Source of the DNA: Candidatus Marinacidobacterales bacterium
GTDB taxonomy: Bacteria > Acidobacteriota > Vicinamibacteria > Marinacidobacterales > DATDRI01
Assembly: GCA_965219415.1 (NCBI GenBank)
Contig: OZ244742.1
Span: 71,082 to 135,081, forward strand
Direction: 5' to 3'
Length of the DNA: 64,000 bases
Shown here: positions 38,683 through 46,181 of the stretch, one piece after another
Layout: every line of letters begins with the position of its first letter
Position numbering within the stretch: the first letter of the stretch is position 1
Notes under the pieces: generated by a model
Seen by the model: only the letters and a program-made list of their open reading frames with translations
The model's database searches: none
Told to the model about the DNA's origin: nothing
Position numbers and translations under genes: made by a program

Positions 38683-40428
38683 CTAGCGAATCGTCACGTC
38701 GAAGGGCATGAGTGCCAGTCGGGGTGTCTCCGTCAGGAGGCGCAGCACGGGTGACTCAGCGAGCAACCGCTCAGAAATGAAGTGTCGGACGCCCGTCACC
38801 TCGGGAGCTCCGTAAACCATCTTGTTGAACAACATGTCGAAGAAGGTTCCCCTCTCGGGATAGATTTCCAAACGTATTTCCGCATCTTCGGCGATGTCCG
38901 CTTTTTCCCGGGCCAGAGCCACGGCGCGATCCAAGCCACCCAACTCGTCCACCAGACCGATCTCCCACGCTTGAGCTCCGGTCCACACTCTTCCCTGCGC
39001 GATGGCGTCCACTTCTTCGGGTGTCATGTTTCGTGAAGTCGCCACTCGTTCGAGGAAACGTTGGTAGCCCGACTGGAGAATGTTCCGAAGCCGTTGACGT
39101 TCATCGGCACTAAAAGATCGAGAGCTGCTCCAAAAATCGGCGCTGGCGCCTCGCATGACGCGATCGTGGCTGAAACCAATTTTCTCGTAGAGTCCGTCCA
39201 AATTGAATTTTCCCGCGTAGATCCCGATCGACCCAGTGAGGGTCGATGGCTCGGCGACGATCGCATTCGATGCGGTGGCGATCCAATACCCGCCCGAGGC
39301 GGCCACGTCCGACATGGACACCACCACCGGCTTTTTCTCCATGGTGAGTGCTGCCTCGCGCCAGATCACATCGGACGCGACGTCCGAGCCACCGGGGCTT
39401 TGAATTCGGAAGACCACCGCTTCGATCGAGTCGTCCTCGCGAACCTGCTTGAAAGTAGAGGCCAGCGTGTCCGCCCCCATGATGCGACCGTCCAAAGGAT
39501 CATTGTCGTTTTGACCGCTGACGATTATCCCCACGCCGTAGATCAGCGCAATTCTCGGGCGACCGTCGATCCCCAAACCATCATTGCTGTTCGCTTGATA
39601 GTCGGCGACCGTCAATGGTTCGAAATCCTCGCCGTCTTCTGCGAGGCGTGCCTCGACTTCATCCTTATGCAGAAGCTCGTCAACCAACCCAAGCTCTAGT
39701 GCTTCTGCCGCGCGGAACGGTCCCCGATCGAAAAGGGCGTACACTTCGGCGTTCGTCATGTTGCGCGAGACCGCAATGGAGCCCACCAACCGGTCGTAGA
39801 GATCTTCGACGATCGATGTGAGCACCTCCCGGTGGGGCTCGCTGAGGGATTCCCTTGTGTAAACGTCGGGTGCATTCTTGTATGCGCCGATCTGTTCGAA
39901 CTCCGCCTCGACTCCCAGCTTGCCGAGCGTGGACTTCATGAAGGTGACCTCGGCGTTGAGCCCGCGAAGATCCAAAATGCTTTGAGGATGGATAAAGACC
40001 TCTTCGGCGGCGGAAGCTACGTAATAGTCCAAAGTCCCGCCGTACTCGATGTAGGAAACTAGCTTCTTCCCCGAAGCGACGAAATCTTTGAGCGCGGATC
40101 GGAGCTCGCCCGCCTTTGCCCACCCGATGCCCGTTCCTCGGAAATGGAGCAGAAGGCTTTCGACTCGCGTGTCGCTCTCGGCTCGCCGGACGGAGTCTAA
40201 GACTTCCCTGAAGGTGACGGTGTCGACCTCAAAGAACGGCCCGCTGAGATCGAACAGTCGATCTTCCGGTAGCGGGCCCGTCATATCGAGGGTCAGGGTC
40301 GAGCCACTGACCACGTCGGGCGCCGCCAGGTTAAGCCCCTGAACCAGCATGTAGACGCTCGCTGCCGAGAGCATCACCAATGAGCCCACGATCAGGAAGA
40401 GCCAGAAAATCCAACGCTTAGATCGCAT
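38683..40428 (-). CDS. sppA: Signal peptide peptidase SppA, 67K type
   Basis: 581 aa with an N-terminal TM and two ClpP/crotonase-like halves. Second half carries ..MSDVAASGGYWIA.... Confidence 0.88.
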   Translation of the reverse strand: MRSKRWIFWLFLIVGSLVMLSAASVYMLVQGLNLAAPDVVSGSTLTLDMTGPLPEDRLFDLSGPFFEVDTVTFREVLDSVRRAESDTRVESLLLHFRGTGIGWAKAGELRSALKDFVASGKKLVSYIEYGGTLDYYVASAAEEVFIHPQSILDLRGLNAEVTFMKSTLGKLGVEAEFEQIGAYKNAPDVYTRESLSEPHREVLTSIVEDLYDRLVGSIAVSRNMTNAEVYALFDRGPFRAAEALELGLVDELLHKDEVEARLAEDGEDFEPLTVADYQANSNDGLGIDGRPRIALIYGVGIIVSGQNDNDPLDGRIMGADTLASTFKQVREDDSIEAVVFRIQSPGGSDVASDVIWREAALTMEKKPVVVSMSDVAASGGYWIATASNAIVAEPSTLTGSIGIYAGKFNLDGLYEKIGFSHDRVMRGASADFWSSSRSFSADERQRLRNILQSGYQRFLERVATSRNMTPEEVDAIAQGRVWTGAQAWEIGLVDELGGLDRAVALAREKADIAEDAEIRLEIYPERGTFFDMLFNKMVYGAPEVTGVRHFISERLLAESPVLRLLTETPRLALMPFDVTIR

Positions 40429-40468
40429 TCAATCCCTCTTTACGGACAATCCTATGCAGGAGAGCCTT

Positions 40469-41200
40469 TCAAGCTTTCAGGCGGAACTCCAGAAGCTCGT
40501 TTTTCTCTTGCGCCCGGGTGCGAAGCGGTGATGTCGGGTAGTCTTCGAGAAATTGCCTGTAGGCCTGTCGCGCTTCCTGCAGTTTGCCATCCGCTTCCAG
40601 TTGCTCTGCCATCCGGAACAAGAGCTGGTCTTTTGGAAGTGGCCCTTTCGCGTCGTCCACGAGTGCGCGATACATCTCCGCCGCTGCCGCGTGATCGCCG
40701 CGATCCCCTTTCACCGTCGCCAGAGTCTGAGATGCGAGGTAGTAAAGTAGATCTCCCCGCTTGTCGACGACACGTCCCAGCAGTGATTCGGCCTCTTCGA
40801 GCTCGCCGAGCCCCGCCTTCGATAGTGCCATGTAGTAACGCGCCGCTCGTCCTTGCTTGATGCCGCTGTATTTCTGCTCGACCTCTTCGAGGGCTTCAAG
40901 CGCCGCAACATAGCGCTCCTCCTGGCTGTTGAAAGTCGGTCCCGCGGCCGGACCCGATATGATGCTGTCCTCGCGCACCACCGCGTGGTAGATCTCCAAC
41001 GCGCCGCTGAGCGCGGTATCTGCTGCCTGATCCCGCCCGTGCCGGTAGACGTAGATGCCTCCGACGATAGTGGCGGCGACCACGACCGCGATCCCCCCGG
41101 TCATCAGAGAGTGGCGGTTCTCAGCCGTCCAACCCATGAACCGCTCCAGCGTGTGGAGTAGGGCGTTCTGCTTCAAATGATGCCGTTCCGTGCGCTTCAT
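40469..41200 (-). CDS. Membrane-anchored TPR-like protein (YfgM-like architecture)
   Basis: 243 aa. Short cytoplasmic N-terminus, one TM (GGIAVVVAATIVGGIYVY), then helical repeats (..GRAARYYMALSKAGLGELEEAESLL.., ..GKLQEARQAYRQFLEDYPTSP..). Confidence 0.65.
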   Translation of the reverse strand: MKRTERHHLKQNALLHTLERFMGWTAENRHSLMTGGIAVVVAATIVGGIYVYRHGRDQAADTALSGALEIYHAVVREDSIISGPAAGPTFNSQEERYVAALEALEEVEQKYSGIKQGRAARYYMALSKAGLGELEEAESLLGRVVDKRGDLLYYLASQTLATVKGDRGDHAAAAEMYRALVDDAKGPLPKDQLLFRMAEQLEADGKLQEARQAYRQFLEDYPTSPLRTRAQEKNELLEFRLKA

Positions 41201-41576
41201 GCGTTTTTCTCCTTACCAAAAGGTTAAGAAGTAGTGTCCCCCGTGGCTGATTTTGTGTCAACACCTGCCAGCCTTGGGTTTGCAGTACCGTCACCACGCT
41301 CTCCAGACGTTGATCAAATCTGATCACGGCGGGTTCCTGATTCAACGGGGCCCGTTTCCCTCGAAACGTTCCGACAGATTTCAATAGATCTCTATTTACC
41401 GTTAGTAACCCTAACCGGGCGAATAGGCAGTGTCATCCGGGGTGGACGCCCCGTCCTAGATCCCCGGTGAGGGACGGCTCCAGGTAGGGTATGATCGTGC
41501 GCGAAACGACAGCCTAAGTCACTCCATCAAAATCGATTACGGGTTGAGCTCCTCGCGACCCGCTGGTGCTGTTGGG

Positions 41577-41592
41577 TGGCCTTGAATTTGCA
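41577..41592 (+). promoter_or_regulatory. Candidate sigma-54 (-24/-12) promoter of the nine-gene operon
   Basis: The sequence reads TGGCCT-TGAAT-TTGCA. The invariant GG and GC are separated by exactly 10 nt and the -12 element TTGCA is perfect. It lies 59 nt upstream of the first ATG (41651). rpoN is encoded in the same window. Confidence 0.45.
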
Positions 41593-41650
41593 CTTTGAGA
41601 TACCATGAGGGGTGCTCCGTTGGGGCGTCCACAGTGGAGAGGTACATCTT

Positions 41651-42625
41651 ATGAACGTCACAAAGAGCGTTGAGGGGAACGTGAGACTGGCTGGCTTAGC
41701 CATTCTGCTTACCGTGGTGGTGGGATGCTCGAGTCGTTCGTCGACGCCCTCCGTACCGTCGTTGCCGACGCCACCGTCTCCGCCTTCAGTACCGTTTCTC
41801 CCCTCTCCCCCTTCGACGACGCCACCTTCAAACCCGTCACCGAGTGAGCCTTCGACGTCCCCCTCCCGGGAAGAATCCAGCGAAGGAAAGGGAGCGGAAT
41901 CTGAATCGACGCCTTCCAGTGAAGATGGTGCGAAAGGTGAAGAGAGCGGGGACGGCTCGGCCTCGGGGACCGAAACGAGTGCCGAAGCCGGAGAGCAGCC
42001 TGGTGGCGGTCAGTCCAAAAGGGGTGAGGCGACCGGGTCCACACCGAGCGCCGCCGGGGCGGGCAAACTCGGTCAGGCCGGCTCGATGGGAAAGACTTCC
42101 GCAGGAACACCCCGGGCGGATGCTAAGTCCGGCGGTAGTTCGAAAGGCAGCGGAAGTGGACCCAAGACGACCGAAGAAAAACGCGCCGGCCTCGACAAAG
42201 ACTTGGACTCCTCGCTTAGCGAGTTCGACAAACTGCTCTTGAGCGAACAAGAGCTCTTGGAGCAGCAGCGAGAAGAGGCCGCAGCAGCGAGCGCTGACAG
42301 TGGTGACGGCGGGGACGGAGGAGAATCTGGCGACGGCGGTGCCGATGCTGAACGACGCGCCACCCAGGTCGCAGGTGGCACCGGTGGATCTCCAGATGCG
42401 CCCGCGGGAGAGCCGGCCGACTCATCTCCAGGCGCTCCCGTTGGAGGGGCCGAGGGTGACTCGGACAACGGTCGCGTCCCCCCCGACGTAGGCGACGGGA
42501 GCGGCGACGACATCGTGGCCCGGCAGTTGCGCGAAGCGGCCACACAAGAGGACGATCCGAAACTTCGTGAGAAACTATGGGAAGAGTACCGAGCCTATAA
42601 GCGAGGCACCAAGAAAGGGAGCTAA
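41651..42625 (+). CDS. Operon gene 1: lipoprotein with a long P/S-rich then acidic G/S/E/D-rich disordered region and a conserved-looking helical C-terminus
   Basis: ATG at 41651 with a GGAGAGG RBS. Signal plus lipobox MNVTKSVEGNVRLAGLAILLTVVVGC. C-terminus ..DDIVARQLREAATQEDDPKLREKLWEEYRAYKRG. Confidence 0.8.
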   Translation: MNVTKSVEGNVRLAGLAILLTVVVGCSSRSSTPSVPSLPTPPSPPSVPFLPSPPSTTPPSNPSPSEPSTSPSREESSEGKGAESESTPSSEDGAKGEESGDGSASGTETSAEAGEQPGGGQSKRGEATGSTPSAAGAGKLGQAGSMGKTSAGTPRADAKSGGSSKGSGSGPKTTEEKRAGLDKDLDSSLSEFDKLLLSEQELLEQQREEAAAASADSGDGGDGGESGDGGADAERRATQVAGGTGGSPDAPAGEPADSSPGAPVGGAEGDSDNGRVPPDVGDGSGDDIVARQLREAATQEDDPKLREKLWEEYRAYKRGTKKGS

Positions 42626-42628
42626 AGG

Positions 42629-43876
42629 ATGCCGAGCCAACGTTTCCTACCCCGCATGCTGATGGCGCCTGCTTTTATTGTCGTTCTTGCCGCACTGGGG
42701 TTCCTGACCGCCTCGCCCGCGCAGGCTGGAAAGAAAGATCCGGTTGTGCTCATCCAAGCGCGAACCGAGATTCCCGAGGAAGAGCTTCTCGATGTCGGCA
42801 TCCGGGTGTTCGATCCCGGTCTGCCGGAAGACGATGAGGCCCTCTTTGCCCTGGAAGAAAAAGGTGTCTTTCCGGAGATTCGGGAATCCGAAGCACGATA
42901 CATCCCCTTCCAGCTGATGCAAACCCTCCAGTCCACGGGTTACTGGGGCGCGGTTCGTGTGGTCCCGGCTACAAACGCCGTCGATGTCACGGTCTTCGGG
43001 ACCATCCTGAAATCGAACGGGAAGAGATTAGAAATCGCGATCTCGGTCGTAGATTCACGTGGCAAGCAATGGCTCAACGAGGAATACAAACGCGAAGCTA
43101 GCGTGGGCGCCTACATAAAAAAAAGAGGGGTTGTCGAGCACCCGGATCCTTATCAGTCTCTGTACAACGAAATCGCCAACGACCTTCTCGAGAAGCGGCG
43201 AAAGCTCGATCAAGAAGACATCCAAGAAGTGCGCCTGCTGTCGCAGCTCAAGTTCGCGATGGACCTAGCGCCCACGCCGTTCGAGGACTACCTGAAGATT
43301 GACAAGAAAGGGCGCTACTCGATCCGGAAGCTCCCAGCGGTCGACGATCCGATGATGGTGCGCGTCAACAACATTCGCGAACGGGATTTCATGTTCATCG
43401 ACACGCTCAACGAGTTCTACGCCAACTTCTACGCGACGATGGGCGAGGACTACGACGGTTGGCGGGCCGAAAGCTACAAAGACCAGGATGCGTTGGACAA
43501 GGCGAGAAAAGAGGCGTGGATTAAGACGCTCGCCGGTGTCGCAGGGATTGTCGGAGGCGTAGTATCCAAAGACCCAGCGATTCGGGACGTCGGTCTGATC
43601 GGTGGGTCGGTTCTGATCAAGTCCGGAATGGACAGTTTCGGCGAAGCCAAGATGTACAGTGAGGATCTCAAACAGCTCGCCGCATCTCTGGACGCTGGGA
43701 TGGCACCGCTCCTCATCGATATGGAAGGCGAGGTCACACGACTCACCGGCTCCGTCGAAACTAAATACACGACCTGGCGTAATCTGCTTCGTAAAATCTT
43801 TGCTACCGAAACCGGACTCCCCATAGATCCCAACTCCGAGATACCGCTTGCCGAGCCGGGGCCATCCAATCCCTGA
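42629..43876 (+). CDS. Operon gene 2: secreted 415-aa protein of unknown function with a C-terminal glycine-zipper-like segment
   Basis: Signal ..APAFIVVLAALGFLTASPAQA. Mixed alpha/beta body. Segment ..LAGVAGIVGGVVSKDPAIRDVGLIGGSVLIKSG... Starts 3 nt after the gene 1 stop. Confidence 0.8.
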   Translation: MPSQRFLPRMLMAPAFIVVLAALGFLTASPAQAGKKDPVVLIQARTEIPEEELLDVGIRVFDPGLPEDDEALFALEEKGVFPEIRESEARYIPFQLMQTLQSTGYWGAVRVVPATNAVDVTVFGTILKSNGKRLEIAISVVDSRGKQWLNEEYKREASVGAYIKKRGVVEHPDPYQSLYNEIANDLLEKRRKLDQEDIQEVRLLSQLKFAMDLAPTPFEDYLKIDKKGRYSIRKLPAVDDPMMVRVNNIRERDFMFIDTLNEFYANFYATMGEDYDGWRAESYKDQDALDKARKEAWIKTLAGVAGIVGGVVSKDPAIRDVGLIGGSVLIKSGMDSFGEAKMYSEDLKQLAASLDAGMAPLLIDMEGEVTRLTGSVETKYTTWRNLLRKIFATETGLPIDPNSEIPLAEPGPSNP

Positions 43877-43895
43877 GGCCCGCGACCGGAGCTCC

Positions 43896-46181
43896 ATGGC
43901 GCTGGCCCGTGGTCAATCACTCGGCCGACGCTTTACTCTAATCCGTCCTCTCGGTCAGGGAGGAATGGGCGAAGTCTGGCTAGTCGAGGATCACGCGCTC
44001 GAAGAGCAAGTAGTCGTTAAAGTGCTCCCGCCAGATGATTCGCTAGGCTATTCCGAAGAACGCGTGGCGCTTCTCAAACGCGAGTGCCGGAACGCCCGTC
44101 GACTCGTTCACCCGAACATCGTGCGCGTTTACGACACGCACGAAGAAGAAGGCGTCCGGTTCATCTCCATGGCTTACGTCGAGGGGAAAGACATCGGTCA
44201 GCTTCGAGGCCATCCATTAGAAGACATTTTGGGCGCGGCCCTGCCGATTGCGCACGCTCTCGATTACGCGCACCGGCAAGGCGTCGTGCACCGCGATCTC
44301 AAAGCCGCCAACGTGTTGTTGGATCGGCACGGCGAGCCGCAACTTCTCGACTTCGGCGTGGCGGGGTTGCTCGACTCGCCGTCCGACCCCTCGGAGATTA
44401 CCGGTGGTGGATCGCCCTCCAGCATGAGCCCACAGCAACGTGCCGGCGACGAGCCGATGCGCGCCGACGACATTTATGCCTTCGGCACCCTCCTTTATGA
44501 TCTCTTGAGCGATCACCGGAAGCTGCCGGAGAATCTGACCTCGCTCTTGGCATCTTTGCTCAGCGAGGACGCTGCGGACCGCCCCAACGATATGGGCGAG
44601 GTCAAAGCAACGCTTGCGTCGATCAGGAAGTCGATCGTCGGGACAGCCGCTCAAATCGTCGAACCGAAGGTGCCTCCGAAAGTGAAGGTCACCCCGCCGC
44701 CACGCGTCGAGACCATTGGACCGGTAGCCACCTCTGCGGCTTCGCCGATTCAACCGAGAGTATCCTCGGGCGGCGGCGTCGGATGGCTGACCATCGCCAC
44801 ATTCGGGGTTCTCCTTCTCGCGACTATCGCGGTCTTTGTCTTCCTCCCCCGTTGGGTACCGGACCGGTCACCGCCCAGTCAAACTAAACAGGGTGAGACA
44901 TCGGCGGAGCGTCAAGAGGCTCGGCCTCCGGTTGTTTCCGACTTGCGGCAGGAAGCGGAGCTCAAGACACTCGCCGAACAAGCGCGCGAGACCGCCGTCC
45001 GCTGGCGCGATGAGCTCCAATTCAAGAGCGTCTCGATTTGGGGCGGCGATGAGTACCCCACCGCGATGGCAGCGCTCGAAACGGGTGACGAACAACTCCG
45101 CGCTCGGAAATATGAACGCGCTCTCGAGGGGTACCAAGAGGCGGCCGCGGGTTTCCAGTCCCTGTCCTCTCGAGCCGTCGAGGTTCTAAGTGAAGCCTTG
45201 GCGCAAGGACAGCGGGCACTCGACCGAGGTGACTCGGGCGCCGCCAGGGTCGCGTTCGAACTCGCCGCGAAGGTCGAACCGAACAATCGGGCCGCACTCG
45301 ACGGCCTCAGGCGAGCGGGCGTCTCCAATGAGGTCGTCTCTTTGCTCGCACAGGGTGCGGAGCACGAGAGGAATGGCGATCTGGCTCGAGCGGCCGACAC
45401 TTACAAGAGAGCGCTCTCCTTAGATTCTCGGTCCGAAACGGCCCGGGACGCATTGGGACGCGTCGAGCGAACGATGGTGGAAAGTGCGTTTCGAACAGCC
45501 ATGTCGGAGGGCTTCTCCGCCATCAACCGTCAAGATTACCGAGCCGCGCGCGAAGCCTTCCAAAAGGCGGGCAGCATCAAGTGGGGCGCCGCCCAGGTCG
45601 CAAAAGCCATCGGCGAGGCGGAAGAGGGCCTGCGGCTTCAAGTCATAGCCCTTCATCGCCAGAACGCTGCGGAGCTAGAGTCGAAAGAAGAGTGGCACAA
45701 GGCGGCCGAGCACTATGAGGCCGTGCTCGAGTTGGATGCCACGATTCGTTTCGCTCAAGAGGGCAAGAAAAAGACCGACCGGCGGGCGGCACTTTCGGAT
45801 CAACTAGACTTTCATTTCGAGAATGCGGGCCGCCTGTCCGACATCAAGGTGCTTCAAACCGCGTCGGCCATTCTCGATACCGCCTCGCAAATCGATCCCG
45901 CCGGACCGCGACTCGAACGACAACGAGCGGCGCTCGTCAAGATCATCGACGACGCTTCGACGGTCACTCGCGTTCAACTCCAATCGGACGATAAGACCGA
46001 AGTGGTGGTCTACAAAGTCGGCCGCCTCGGCAGGTTCGAGCAACATAGCCTCGAGCTTCGTCCGGGCACTTACACAGTAGTTGGAAGCCGGCCAGGCTAT
46101 CGCGATGTTCGCTTAAAACTGATCGTCGAAGCGGGAAAATCACCTGCCCCACTCGTCATCCGCTGTAAGGAAGAAATTTGA
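43896..46181 (+). CDS. Operon gene 3: Hanks-type Ser/Thr protein kinase, TM, periplasmic helical (TPR-like) region and C-terminal PEGA-like beta domain
   Basis: Kinase motifs LGQGGMGEVW, VVVKVL, HRDLKAANVLL and DFG. TM WLTIATFGVLLLATIAVFVFL. C-terminus ..LELRPGTYTVVGSRPGYRDVRLKLIVEAGKS... Confidence 0.88.
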   Translation: MALARGQSLGRRFTLIRPLGQGGMGEVWLVEDHALEEQVVVKVLPPDDSLGYSEERVALLKRECRNARRLVHPNIVRVYDTHEEEGVRFISMAYVEGKDIGQLRGHPLEDILGAALPIAHALDYAHRQGVVHRDLKAANVLLDRHGEPQLLDFGVAGLLDSPSDPSEITGGGSPSSMSPQQRAGDEPMRADDIYAFGTLLYDLLSDHRKLPENLTSLLASLLSEDAADRPNDMGEVKATLASIRKSIVGTAAQIVEPKVPPKVKVTPPPRVETIGPVATSAASPIQPRVSSGGGVGWLTIATFGVLLLATIAVFVFLPRWVPDRSPPSQTKQGETSAERQEARPPVVSDLRQEAELKTLAEQARETAVRWRDELQFKSVSIWGGDEYPTAMAALETGDEQLRARKYERALEGYQEAAAGFQSLSSRAVEVLSEALAQGQRALDRGDSGAARVAFELAAKVEPNNRAALDGLRRAGVSNEVVSLLAQGAEHERNGDLARAADTYKRALSLDSRSETARDALGRVERTMVESAFRTAMSEGFSAINRQDYRAAREAFQKAGSIKWGAAQVAKAIGEAEEGLRLQVIALHRQNAAELESKEEWHKAAEHYEAVLELDATIRFAQEGKKKTDRRAALSDQLDFHFENAGRLSDIKVLQTASAILDTASQIDPAGPRLERQRAALVKIIDDASTVTRVQLQSDDKTEVVVYKVGRLGRFEQHSLELRPGTYTVVGSRPGYRDVRLKLIVEAGKSPAPLVIRCKEEI

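Noticed and set aside
41121-41384. 87-aa minus-strand ORF in the intergenic region before the operon
   Set aside because: It overlaps the start of the TPR gene and has no RBS and no protein-like features. The region is more plausibly regulatory.
43265-43897. 210-aa minus-strand ORF; similar ORFs at 51560..52195, 52444..53253 and 48068..48703
   Set aside because: They are antisense shadows inside operon genes 2, 8, 9 and 4, all of which have clear domain signatures on the plus strand.
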